DNA of 64,000 nt from assembly GCA_964291395.2 (NCBI GenBank), contig OZ219856.1:1664001-1728000 (forward strand), read 5' to 3'. This DNA comes from Alphaproteobacteria bacterium (lineage in GTDB: Bacteria > Pseudomonadota > Alphaproteobacteria > UBA2966). This document shows positions 19,494 to 28,497 of this stretch, in pieces; position 1 is the first letter of the stretch; each line of letters starts with the position of its first letter. The notes beneath the pieces are model-generated. The model was not told where the DNA came from, made no database searches, and saw only the letters and a program-made list of their open reading frames with translations. A program made the translations under genes and the position numbers.

Positions 19494-20690
19494 TCACCGC
19501 TGATCCGCGGGTGCGATGACTTCCATGTTTTGAAGCTGACCCAACAGTTCGTCGACCCGGTCCGAACCCAGATGGGAGAACAGGGCTTGCGCCTCGCTGT
19601 CGAGAAACTTGGGATGCTCGAGCACCCAACTGACGAAGTCCTGCGCGCCCGGTGGAATGGGGACCCCGGCCTCGCCGGCGCGCAGGTAATACCGGTCGTC
19701 GCGCCGGACGACCTTCAGGCCCTTGGCCGTCAGCACGAATTCATTCGTCACCGGGCGTTCCGGCAACGCATACGCTCCGCGGGTTCCACGACGGCGCCGC
19801 TGCGACTGGATCGTGGCGTCGAGGAAATTCGGCTCCTGCATCAGCTTCTTGATGCGGCCGGCAAGATCCGCGAGCCGCTCGCGCAGGTCATCGGCGGCGC
19901 CGTTGGCGTCGTATCGGGGCAGGTCCTGCCGAAACAGGCTGTCCGTCACGGCCTCGTCTTCGAGCAGTTCGAAGATGTCGATACCGCGGAGAGGTATCAC
20001 CCCGAAGGTCAGGTGAAGCGAGGCGTCGCTCGACGCCAGCGCGTCGTGATACTGGCCTCGGGGGATGTAGAGGAGGTCTCCCGGAGTCATGTGGACCTCC
20101 ATCAGCAGATCGCGCCTGTTGCGCCGGTGTTGTTCCGCCGTCAGTTCGAGGAACGTCGGATGGTGAATCGGGTTGTCGAGGCGCCCTTCGTAGACGTTCC
20201 ACGTTTTCTCCCCTTCCGTGTGAAGGGCGAACACTTCGTGCGTGTCGAAATGACTGTCGAATGCCCTGTGTCCCGCGAACGAGCAGTAGAGGTTGAGCTG
20301 GGTGTAGCCGAGGAGCGCGCGTTCGAGCACGTCCGCGACCGACTGGATGCCCGGGGTCAGGGTGTCGATGGAATTGAGGACCAGGGATGCTCCGCGGGAC
20401 AGGTGGGACTTGACCAGATCGGGATCCGGCCGCAAGACGCGCGTACCGAGCCCCGGCACGGAGCGGCAGTATTTCTCTGCCGGGACCGCGGCGATGTCCT
20501 GGTAGAGCTTGAGATTGTCCTTCGTCCAGAAGGCATTGATCGCCAGGGCCTGATTGAGGCCGTCCCACGACATCACCTCCGCGAACTTGTGCGGTTCGCC
20601 GGGGATGTGGAGCGGCTTCTGCCCGTAGTATTCGCCGAAAAACTCGCCGGGCGTGACGGGAGCGAGGAGCTCTTCGAACGATGTCGCCAT
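19494..20690 (-). CDS. JmjC/cupin-4 domain protein (RoxA/YcfD-like 2OG oxygenase)
   Basis: FFGEYYGQKPL, FDSHFDTHEVFAL, GEKTW, PGDLLYIPRGQYHDA, SLHLTFG. Confidence 0.87.
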   Translation of the reverse strand: MATSFEELLAPVTPGEFFGEYYGQKPLHIPGEPHKFAEVMSWDGLNQALAINAFWTKDNLKLYQDIAAVPAEKYCRSVPGLGTRVLRPDPDLVKSHLSRGASLVLNSIDTLTPGIQSVADVLERALLGYTQLNLYCSFAGHRAFDSHFDTHEVFALHTEGEKTWNVYEGRLDNPIHHPTFLELTAEQHRRNRRDLLMEVHMTPGDLLYIPRGQYHDALASSDASLHLTFGVIPLRGIDIFELLEDEAVTDSLFRQDLPRYDANGAADDLRERLADLAGRIKKLMQEPNFLDATIQSQRRRRGTRGAYALPERPVTNEFVLTAKGLKVVRRDDRYYLRAGEAGVPIPPGAQDFVSWVLEHPKFLDSEAQALFSHLGSDRVDELLGQLQNMEVIAPADQR

Positions 20691-20739
20691 GGCACGGACC
20701 TTATCTCATGGCGCGACCCCGGCGCGAGTTCAAAGATAC

Positions 20740-20806
20740 CCCTCCGCCGTCAGGTCGGGGCGCGAGTTCACCGCCTGGCTCGGCTTGGTGCCCCGCCGGA
20801 GCGGGG
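20740..20806 (+). mobile_element. Very short IS110-family transposase remnant
   Basis: Translates PSAVRSGREFTAWLGLVPRRSG, resembling the IS110 F-x-SGR-x-FAAWLGLVPR motif. Confidence 0.55.
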
Positions 20807-20807
20807 T

Positions 20808-21458
20808 TTACTCGGCGGGTTGTTGGCCGGGGTTGAGCTTGTCGAGCTCCGCCAGCACCTCGTCCAGGGACATCACGTCGGCGTATTTCTGCTCCATGTC
20901 GAACAGGTTCGCCTCGTGGGGTGCCTGGGCGCGGTCACCCACGCACTCCCTCGGCACGATCGGCCGGAAACCATGGCCCATCGCATCGACGACGGTGGCC
21001 CGCACGCAACCCGACGTCGTGCACCCTGCGACGATCGCGGTATCGACCCGTCGCATGGCGAGCCAGCCGGACAGGTCCGTCTGGAAGAACCCGGACGGGT
21101 ACTGTTTCTCGATGACCTTTTCGCCCGGCCTCGGGGCCAGTTGATCGACCACTTCGGTGGCCTCGGTATCACGCGTCAGTTTCTCGGTGAGTCCCGAGAT
21201 CTTCAGGTTGAACACGCCGTCCTCGCTGCCGTCCCCGGCATAGCAGTGGGTGGTGAAGGCGATCGGGATACCGTGATGACGCGCGGCCCCCAACAGGGTC
21301 TCGGTGTGGTCGATCGCCGACTGGATGTTGCCCCCGCCCAGAGACTCGGGGTCGTTGAATCCGTTGCTGAAGTCGATGATCAAGAGCGCCGGCTGTTCTC
21401 CGAACCCCATGCGCGTTCCCAGGCCCTGTCTCGCGTAGATCTCGAGATCGTCCGGCAT
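20808..21458 (-). CDS. Isochorismatase family amidohydrolase (maleamate / N-carbamoylsarcosine amidase-like)
   Basis: PALLIIDF, K-x-YPSGFF, GCTTSGCVRATVVDA, HEANLFDM. Confidence 0.9.
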   Translation of the reverse strand: MPDDLEIYARQGLGTRMGFGEQPALLIIDFSNGFNDPESLGGGNIQSAIDHTETLLGAARHHGIPIAFTTHCYAGDGSEDGVFNLKISGLTEKLTRDTEATEVVDQLAPRPGEKVIEKQYPSGFFQTDLSGWLAMRRVDTAIVAGCTTSGCVRATVVDAMGHGFRPIVPRECVGDRAQAPHEANLFDMEQKYADVMSLDEVLAELDKLNPGQQPAE

Positions 21459-21477
21459 GTCATCCCCCTTCGACGGT

Positions 21478-21993
21478 TCAGAACGGTATGAATAGCGATT
21501 TCAGCATGGCGTCGCAGTTGATCAGCACCACCTTCTTCCAAACGATGCGCCAGAGCCCCCCTTCCCGCCTCAGCGCATGACGGCAGTCCCCGGCGTACAC
21601 GTCCTGCTGATCCTGGCGGTACGTGGCGACCAGCAGCTTCGAGGAGACGAGCGCCTCGGCCTCCGGCGGGACGTCGGGCTCCAGCAGGACGTTCGTCACC
21701 AGATGGGCCGTCCGCGTGTGCGGAATCTGCGCGTGGACGCGGGGGTGACGGAGACGCTTGATCCGCGTCTCCATCAGGTCCTTGTCGTCATAGAAGATGG
21801 AGACCTCGTCGAGCGGATTCGGCTGATCGGGCCGGGCCGGAACCCAGTAGTATCCGTCGTCCGTGAATAGCTCCCGCCACTCCTCGAACCGCCTTTCGTC
21901 GAGCAGGCGCGCCTCCATGAACAGGAAATCGGCCGCGGCCTCGAAAGACAGCGGCATCGACGCCCGGTCCCGGATGGACTCCGCCGAGGCCAT
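21478..21993 (-). CDS. Aromatic-ring-hydroxylating dioxygenase beta subunit
   Basis: FLFMEARLLDE, YWVP, RIKRL, RTAHLVTNV, KKVVLINCD. Confidence 0.9.
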   Translation of the reverse strand: MASAESIRDRASMPLSFEAAADFLFMEARLLDERRFEEWRELFTDDGYYWVPARPDQPNPLDEVSIFYDDKDLMETRIKRLRHPRVHAQIPHTRTAHLVTNVLLEPDVPPEAEALVSSKLLVATYRQDQQDVYAGDCRHALRREGGLWRIVWKKVVLINCDAMLKSLFIPF

Positions 21994-21995
21994 GG

Positions 21996-23279
21996 TCAGT
22001 TGGCGCCCTCGCCCATGTAGCTGAGCCATTCCCGGTACTGGTTGCGCAGCGGAAGTTCATGGGTGCCTTCGGACCGGTATCCGAAGTCGTCCTCGAGCGG
22101 TTGCTCCGCGCCCAGGCCCCGGCCGAGGAACACCCATTCCGAGCCGTCCGCCGGAAGACCGCGTTGCAGCCGGCCGAAGGCCTCGAGATCGTCGGTCTGG
22201 ATCAGCGATGCCGCGGCGTGCGTGACGTTCAAATAGCGGATGACCGTCCGGTTCAACACGTCCGGGGCGTCCCTCAGCTTCATCGGATAGACCGATACCT
22301 CGGTACGATCGACGGAGATCGGCCGGATCACGCGGATGTGCTGGGCCATGGATTGCAGGCCCAGGTTCGGGTAGATGATGGCGTTGTGCCAGTCCGCGTC
22401 GAGGACCTCCGCCGCGCGCTCGGGTCCGAGCCGCGCCTCCAGCGCCGCCACATAGTCCGGGTGCTCCTCCCGGGAGACGGGACCGGCATCCGGCATGCGC
22501 CCGCAGTAGCTGTGCCCGCCGTCGAAGGCCCATACGCCCGTCCGGTCCCAGAACGAGATCGGTGAGCCGTCCTCCCGGGTCAGCCGCGAACCCGTGGCCG
22601 TGCCCGTCCGCCGGAACTGGCGGCCGCCCGAGGTGGTCGACTCGTGCGAATGGGGTACGTGATAGAGATCGTTCAGGTTCTCCATCTGCGCTTTCCAGTT
22701 GCCCGGGAACTCGTAACGGTGGACCCCGCCGGTGACCTCGACCTCGCCGGCCGGTGACCGGTCGCAAATGTCGTCGATTTTCCGGGTCATCGGGCCCAGG
22801 TACTTGGCGAGCGTCGGCCCGTCCGGCGCCAGGCTCGCGAACACGAACCCGCGGTGCGTATCCGTCCGCGGCACCCGGACCATGCCGAGTGAAGGGTCGT
22901 CGAGGTCGACGTCCCGAGGGTACCCGGCTTGGAGCGGGATGGCCTTTATCAGCCCGTTCAAGTGGAACGTCCACCCATGATAGCAGCAGCGGAAATGCCG
23001 AGCGTTGCCGTGCGGCTCGTTGCACACCACGGCACCCCGATGACCGCAACGGTTGAAGAGGACGTAGATCTCACCGTCCTCGTGACGCGACAGCACGACG
23101 GGCTGCCGCCCGATCCGGGTGGTCAGGAAATCGCCGGGCTCCGGGACCTGCGACGCATGGCCCACGTAGATCCAGGCGCGGGCGTATATGCGCTCCATCT
23201 CCATCTCGAAAATGGATTCGTCCAGATAGACGCTGCGGTGCACCCGGTCCGGCTTCACGAGTTCGCGGATCCCGGTCAT
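21996..23279 (-). CDS. Rieske aromatic-ring-hydroxylating dioxygenase alpha subunit
   Basis: NRCGHRG...CCYHGW Rieske motif; GNWK...DLYHVPHSH mononuclear Fe site; TDDLEAF. Confidence 0.93.
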   Translation of the reverse strand: MTGIRELVKPDRVHRSVYLDESIFEMEMERIYARAWIYVGHASQVPEPGDFLTTRIGRQPVVLSRHEDGEIYVLFNRCGHRGAVVCNEPHGNARHFRCCYHGWTFHLNGLIKAIPLQAGYPRDVDLDDPSLGMVRVPRTDTHRGFVFASLAPDGPTLAKYLGPMTRKIDDICDRSPAGEVEVTGGVHRYEFPGNWKAQMENLNDLYHVPHSHESTTSGGRQFRRTGTATGSRLTREDGSPISFWDRTGVWAFDGGHSYCGRMPDAGPVSREEHPDYVAALEARLGPERAAEVLDADWHNAIIYPNLGLQSMAQHIRVIRPISVDRTEVSVYPMKLRDAPDVLNRTVIRYLNVTHAAASLIQTDDLEAFGRLQRGLPADGSEWVFLGRGLGAEQPLEDDFGYRSEGTHELPLRNQYREWLSYMGEGAN

Positions 23280-23377
23280 TGCCTTGCCTCAACCAACTCG
23301 TCCCGCCTCCACCGATTTTCCTTCCCGCTCGAGCCGCCGCTGCCTGGGGGGCTGGGGGTCGTGTGTGCTTCCTTCCC

Positions 23378-24304
23378 CTACGTCGTCACGCTCAGGAAGT
23401 TCTCGTTCAGCTTGCGGTCGTAATAGAAGATCGCCTTGCCGAGCTCATTGTCGGTCCACGTGAGGACGGGATTGTCGGGGTAGTACTGATAGCCGCCGCA
23501 AAACACCTCGTTCCGGTTCCCCGAGGGATCGAAGAAGTAGATCGTGCCGCCGCGAGTAATGCCGTGACGCGTCGGCCCGATGTCGAGCTCGACCCCGTTT
23601 CGGCTGATGATATCGGCGGCCAGCATGATGTCGTGCCACGACTCGAGATAGAACGAGGCATGATGGAACTGGCCCTTCCCTTCCGAACGGATGAAGGCGA
23701 TGTCGTGGGCCTTGTTGCTGCAGGTGAGGAAGGCCCCGATCATCAGCGACCTGTCCTGGGTCACCACCTGCTCCGCCAGACTGAACCCGAGGATCTCGCG
23801 GAACAGCTTGACCGAACCGTCGAGATCGTCGCCGTAGAGCAGCACGTGATCGAAGCGCGTCGGATGCATACCGTGCAGTCCGTCGGGCCAGACCTCGGGG
23901 TTTTCGATCGAGAGGCCGTTGCCGGGCTGCTCGATCTCGGCGTAGAGATCGAAGACGTGGCCCGTGGGCGCGGTGAAACGAAGGCGCTCGCCGATTCCGG
24001 GCTGCTCGCCGGCCGGAACGTTCTCCACGTCGATGCCCGAGTCGGCGATCTTCCTGCCCAGGCTCCTCATGGTGTCGGCATCGAGGACCTTCCAGGCCAG
24101 ATGATCCATGCCGGGGCTGTCGGCCTCCCGCAGGACGACGCTGTGGTGGTCGTGCTCGTCCCAGGCCTTGAGATACGCCCGGCCCTCCGAGTCCGTGCCA
24201 ACCTCGTTCAGGCCGAGCACGTCCCGATAGTGGTTCGTTGCGGCACCGATGTCCGTCACTCGGATCTGCACGTGACCGGGCCTGAGGACTCCTGAAAAAG
24301 CCAT
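23378..24304 (-). CDS. xylE: Catechol 2,3-dioxygenase
   Basis: GVLRPGHVQIRV, YLKAWDEHDHHS, KAHDIAF, FHHASFYL, GPTRHGITRGGTIYFFDPSGNRNEVF. Confidence 0.93.
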   Translation of the reverse strand: MAFSGVLRPGHVQIRVTDIGAATNHYRDVLGLNEVGTDSEGRAYLKAWDEHDHHSVVLREADSPGMDHLAWKVLDADTMRSLGRKIADSGIDVENVPAGEQPGIGERLRFTAPTGHVFDLYAEIEQPGNGLSIENPEVWPDGLHGMHPTRFDHVLLYGDDLDGSVKLFREILGFSLAEQVVTQDRSLMIGAFLTCSNKAHDIAFIRSEGKGQFHHASFYLESWHDIMLAADIISRNGVELDIGPTRHGITRGGTIYFFDPSGNRNEVFCGGYQYYPDNPVLTWTDNELGKAIFYYDRKLNENFLSVTT

Positions 24305-24441
24305 GATCGCCTCCCGCTGCGTCTCGTTCCGCTCTTCCCAGGAGGGATGTTAGCGCACCGGCGCCGTCTCGGCATATCTCGGTTAGTCCCGCCTAGTCAC
24401 GCAACGCACGATTTCCCGCCCCTCGGAACGCGCGATCCTTG

Positions 24442-24470
24442 TTGACTTGCGCGCGGCGGCAATCTTATAT
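24442..24470 (+). promoter_or_regulatory. Putative sigma70 promoter of the csp gene, implying a long 5' UTR
   Basis: TTGACT-17 bp-TTATAT about 150 bp upstream of the csp ATG; long leaders are typical of cspA mRNAs. Confidence 0.5.
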
Positions 24471-24617
24471 GCGAGCCACGCTTCGCATTCGACATGTGTT
24501 ATCTGAACGGCCGTCAATCCTGTTAGCCTTGCTCTTCCCTGACATTGTGAGACCTGACAAGACCGAGCCGACACACGGTGTGCAGCACGGACACTCTCTA
24601 ACGGCTGAGGACTTACC

Positions 24618-24827
24618 ATGCCTACGGGAACAGTTAAATGGTTCAACCCTGCCAAGGGTTACGGCTTCATCGAGCCTGAGGAAGGCGGCAAGGACGCGTT
24701 CGTCCACATCTCGGCCGTCGAGCGTGCAGGCCTCAACACCCTGCACGAAGGCCAGAAGGTCTCCTACGAGCTTCAGCCCGGCCGCGACGGCAAGTCGTCC
24801 GCCGAGAACCTGAACCTCGTCGAATAG
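24618..24827 (+). CDS. cspA: Cold-shock protein
   Basis: GTVKWFN, KGYGFI, FVHISAV. Confidence 0.95.
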   Translation: MPTGTVKWFNPAKGYGFIEPEEGGKDAFVHISAVERAGLNTLHEGQKVSYELQPGRDGKSSAENLNLVE

Positions 24828-24985
24828 CTGTCCCGCCGCCGCCGAGGGTTTCGCTGGCGGCGGTCCATTCGGTTCTCCGGAAACCTTCGGAGTGCCTAGC
24901 GACGGGGTGTCGAGCCGATGGATCCGTCGTTCGTGCGCCTGATTCGGTGTAACCCCAAGGGTACCCGTGGGGTTAAACTCCTCTC

Positions 24986-25243
24986 ATGCGCATCCTTATC
25001 GCCCTGATACTGCTCGTCTTGTTGGGCGGCGGTGCCTGGATTCTCAGCTACGAGACCCGCTTCGTCCCCATGGCGCCGTGCCAGAGCAATCTCGATGGAA
25101 AGTTTATCGTCGAGAAGGACTGCGAGGAGTATTGGGCGAACACGAGAAATACATCGTCCACCTCCACGCCTGATGCACTTTCGAGGGGACATCCTCCAGC
25201 ACCCCATGGTCTTGGCGAAGGGGGATCGAGAGGAGAGGAGTAA
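24986..25243 (+). CDS. Small hypothetical membrane or secreted protein
   Basis: Hydrophobic N-terminus MRILIALILLVLLGGGAWIL; no family recognised. Confidence 0.45.
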   Translation: MRILIALILLVLLGGGAWILSYETRFVPMAPCQSNLDGKFIVEKDCEEYWANTRNTSSTSTPDALSRGHPPAPHGLGEGGSRGEE

Positions 25244-25273
25244 AAGAGGCCGTCAAAGAAGGCGCTCCCTCCG

Positions 25274-26479
25274 CTATTTGCCGCGCCGCTCCCTCCGCGC
25301 CGCTTCGAGCGATCTCTCACGCTTCGACAACCACCAGCCGTAACGAGGCTGCCACACGCTCTCGTAGGACTTCGGACCGATCAGGGCGCGGGCCGCGTGC
25401 ACCGGCCAGTTCGGGTCGTTGAGGGCTTCGCGGCCGATCGCGACGAGATCCGCACGGCCTTCGGAGACGACGCTTTCCGCGTATGCCGGTTCCATGATCA
25501 GGCCGACGGTCATGGTGGCAAGGCCGGTGTCCCGTTTCAGGCGCTCGGCGAAGGGAACCTGGAACCCTTGCTCGCGGGGGACCACCACCGGGGTGCCCCG
25601 CAGACCGAGCCCGCGGGATGAGCAATCCATCACGTCCACGCCCCGCTTGCCGAGCGCCCGGGCCAGTTCCACCGATTCGTCGAGTGTCCAGCCGCCCTCC
25701 TCATCGTCGATGCACGAGATCCGGTAGAACAGCGGCTTGTCGTCCGGCCACTCGGAGCGGACGGCATCGGCGACCTCCAGGGCGAAACGCATTCGCCCCT
25801 CGAGGCTTCCCCCGTAATCGTCCGACCGCCGGTTGCTGACCGGAGACAGGAAGGTGTGGATCAGATAGCCGTGCGCCGCGTGGATATCCAAGACATCAAA
25901 GCCCGCCTCCCGGCAGCGTCGCGCCGCCGCCGCGTGTTCCGCCAGCGCGGCGCCTATGTCGGACCGGGTCATCTCGCGCGGCGTCGGCCACCCTGGATTG
26001 GCGGGAAGCGCCGAGGGACCGACGGTCTCCCAGGGCGCCTCGCCCCGTTCGCCGATGTCCATCCCGGAGAGGGGTTCGAACCCGTCCCAAGGGCGCTGCA
26101 CCGACGCCTTGCGCCCAGCGTGCAGGATCTGGGCGCCGGGCATGGCGCCCTGCTTCCGCACGGTGTCGGCGATTCGCGCCAACGGCTCGACGCACGCGTC
26201 GTCCCAGCTCCCGAGGTCGCTGTATGTGAGGCGACCTTCCGGCGAGATGCACAGCGCTTCCGTGAAGACCAGACCCGCCCCGCCCATGGCCAGACGTCCA
26301 TAGTGGGCGAGATGGTAGTCGGTGGGCAGGCCGTCACGCCCTGCCGCGTACTGCTGCATCGGCGAGATAACGATCCGATTCTTGAGTGCCACCCCGCGCA
26401 GCGTGAGCGGTGTGAAAAGTCGGGGCGCTCGCCTGGTGTCCGCATCCGGGTCGTCGTTGAGCGCCTCTTCTGCCGTCAT
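25274..26479 (-). CDS. NADH:flavin oxidoreductase (old yellow enzyme, NamA/YqjM-like)
   Basis: KNRIVISPMQQY, HAGRKAS, HAAHGYLIH, N-x-R-x-D-x-YGGS. Confidence 0.92.
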   Translation of the reverse strand: MTAEEALNDDPDADTRRAPRLFTPLTLRGVALKNRIVISPMQQYAAGRDGLPTDYHLAHYGRLAMGGAGLVFTEALCISPEGRLTYSDLGSWDDACVEPLARIADTVRKQGAMPGAQILHAGRKASVQRPWDGFEPLSGMDIGERGEAPWETVGPSALPANPGWPTPREMTRSDIGAALAEHAAAARRCREAGFDVLDIHAAHGYLIHTFLSPVSNRRSDDYGGSLEGRMRFALEVADAVRSEWPDDKPLFYRISCIDDEEGGWTLDESVELARALGKRGVDVMDCSSRGLGLRGTPVVVPREQGFQVPFAERLKRDTGLATMTVGLIMEPAYAESVVSEGRADLVAIGREALNDPNWPVHAARALIGPKSYESVWQPRYGWWLSKRERSLEAARRERRGK

Positions 26480-26528
26480 GTGATCCCCGTCCATGGTGGC
26501 GCTTATCTGCCGTGCGACAGCGGCCCGG

Positions 26529-27158
26529 TCAAGGCGCCTCGGCCAGCGGCCGCAGTTGACGCATCAGTTCCTCGGCGCGCGTGACCGCGGTGCTGTCCAC
26601 CTCCAGGCCCGCCGCGCTGAGCGCCCTCGCCGTCCACACATTGCAGGTGTTGCCGAGGTGGAACCGCCCAACCGCCGGATAGAACAGACTGTTGGCGAAG
26701 AGGCCATCGGCCTTGATCTCGGCCTTCCGCCGACCCGCACGCTCGAAGGAGGCGTGGATGTACTCGATGAGTTGGGCGAGTCCGGTTTCGCTGACCCGCA
26801 GCGCGACAACCTCCGCCGCCGGATGGCGACGGGCCGGCTCGCTGAACGATCCCGCCATGTGAACGACGGCGGGGGTCGGTTTGAAGGCCGCACGCAGCGT
26901 CATGCCGAGCGTCGTCTTCTTCGCCGGGTAATATTCGGCGTCTCCCCAGCCGAACTCCAGGTACTCGGCATCAGGGAAGTCGGCTGTCTCGGGAATGAGG
27001 CCCGCCGGCACGTGCCGGCGTTCGAATACGACATTGGAGTGCCAGCCGTTGGACACCACGTAGATCGTGTGCGCGGTCGGTTCGGCGGACCTGACGGTCG
27101 CCGCGATCAAGACCAACGCGACGACAATTGCTCCGATGGCTGGCAGGACTCGAGTCAC
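26529..27158 (-). CDS. DUF2459 family protein
   Basis: Signal peptide; VSNGWHS, FGWGD-x-x-YY, FYPA-x-G, NTCNVWTA. Confidence 0.82.
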   Translation of the reverse strand: MTRVLPAIGAIVVALVLIAATVRSAEPTAHTIYVVSNGWHSNVVFERRHVPAGLIPETADFPDAEYLEFGWGDAEYYPAKKTTLGMTLRAAFKPTPAVVHMAGSFSEPARRHPAAEVVALRVSETGLAQLIEYIHASFERAGRRKAEIKADGLFANSLFYPAVGRFHLGNTCNVWTARALSAAGLEVDSTAVTRAEELMRQLRPLAEAP

Positions 27159-27282
27159 ATCGTGCAGCGTCGTTACAGGTAAACGGGCAAAGCGATGCTA
27201 CTCCGATTTTCGGATGTTCGTGACACCGCGTTGCTGCGATAATCGGTGCACGGATGGTCTGTATTCGGTGGGAGCATTGAGA

Positions 27283-27786
27283 ATGGCGTATACGGTCGAT
27301 GAACTCGCTGCCGACTGCCGGGATGCGCTGGCCGCGGATTCCGACGCGGCCGGACTTGAGCGGCTCCGGCAATTCGTCGGACGCGCCCTCAAGGATGAAG
27401 AGTTCATCGAAACCCACCTCGGGCCCGGGGCCGACTCGCCGCGCAACATCCTCTATGAGGATCCGGACCACGGCTTCTGCATCATCGCCCACGTCTACGG
27501 CGGCGGCGCCAACCCGCCACCCCACGATCACGGACCCGCCTGGGCGATCTATGGACAGGTCGCCGGCGTTACGGAGATGACCGACTTCGAGATCGTCGAA
27601 CCGCCCCGTGGGGAGGAACCGGGCAAGGTAAAGCGGGTGCGGACCTACGAACTCCACGCCGGCGACACGAAGCTGTACCGCGTCGGCGATGTGCATACCC
27701 CGCGCCGCGAAAACCCGACCCGTCTCATTCGGATCGAGGGTCAGGATTTGGCGAAGATCAAACGGGATCGTTTCGAGCCGATATAG
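27283..27786 (+). CDS. Cupin-fold protein (cysteine-dioxygenase-like)
   Basis: ILYEDPDHGFCI, PPHDHGPAWAIYGQ, GDVH. Confidence 0.75.
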   Translation: MAYTVDELAADCRDALAADSDAAGLERLRQFVGRALKDEEFIETHLGPGADSPRNILYEDPDHGFCIIAHVYGGGANPPPHDHGPAWAIYGQVAGVTEMTDFEIVEPPRGEEPGKVKRVRTYELHAGDTKLYRVGDVHTPRRENPTRLIRIEGQDLAKIKRDRFEPI

Positions 27787-27995
27787 AGCTTCGGCGGATT
27801 TTCCCTCGCCACCTGCGTGTGAAGGAGCGCGGGGCCGATTTTTGATTTGCCCTACCGGAGAGGGTCACGGAACGCCGGATTGCGGCGCCGACTTCGTGCA
27901 ACGACGTAGGGCCTGGGGTCCGTACAGCCAGGACTCCGCATGTAGTGGAAATGGGGTCGGACTTGGAGCCCGACTCCGACACCAGGTCGAACATG

Positions 27996-28472
27996 TCAGA
28001 GAGGCAGGTGCGTGAACGAATCCAGCATGCGGGTGTCCAGAACCGCCCGATGGCAATCGTAGAGCCAGCGGCCGTTTGCCTTGACAAGGGAATCGACGTA
28101 ACGGCCGGCGACATAGATGCTGCTCACGCCGTCCGGATCGGTACGGGTGATCTGGAAATGCGACAGGGCCTCCGCGCGGTCCGCCGAGATCTCGACGGAC
28201 ACCGGGCTGACGAGGTGAAGACGCCGCGCCGGATCGCGGACGTGATCCCGCGCTTCCTTGAGAATCTCGGCGAGTTCCGCATAGGTCGATCGCCACCACA
28301 CCATGTCGGCGCGAATTTCGGTCCCGTAGGCCCGAATCTCGTAGATGCCGTCCTCAGAGAACAGCGCGAGCCAGTCCTCGAGCGCCTCCTCGTCCAGGAG
28401 CCGCGCGGTCCGCATGATGTGTTCGCGGACCGCGTCCTTCTCGATCAGTCGAATCGTCGCGTCGTCGGACAT
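27996..28472 (-). CDS. Ring-hydroxylating oxygenase beta subunit, MsmB-like
   Basis: LLDE, YEIRAYGTEIRADMVW, AGRYVD, LDTRMLDSFTHLPL. Confidence 0.8.
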   Translation of the reverse strand: MSDDATIRLIEKDAVREHIMRTARLLDEEALEDWLALFSEDGIYEIRAYGTEIRADMVWWRSTYAELAEILKEARDHVRDPARRLHLVSPVSVEISADRAEALSHFQITRTDPDGVSSIYVAGRYVDSLVKANGRWLYDCHRAVLDTRMLDSFTHLPL

Positions 28473-28497
28473 GGCGCATCACCGCGAGGTCGTCACT

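Noticed and set aside
19239-21491. 750-aa plus-strand ORF, and similar long ORFs at 5231-7201, 6484-8532, 9070-10737, 36470-38842 and 60915-62498
   Set aside because: Antisense or alternate-frame ORFs over well-supported genes, expected at high GC; no recognisable motifs.
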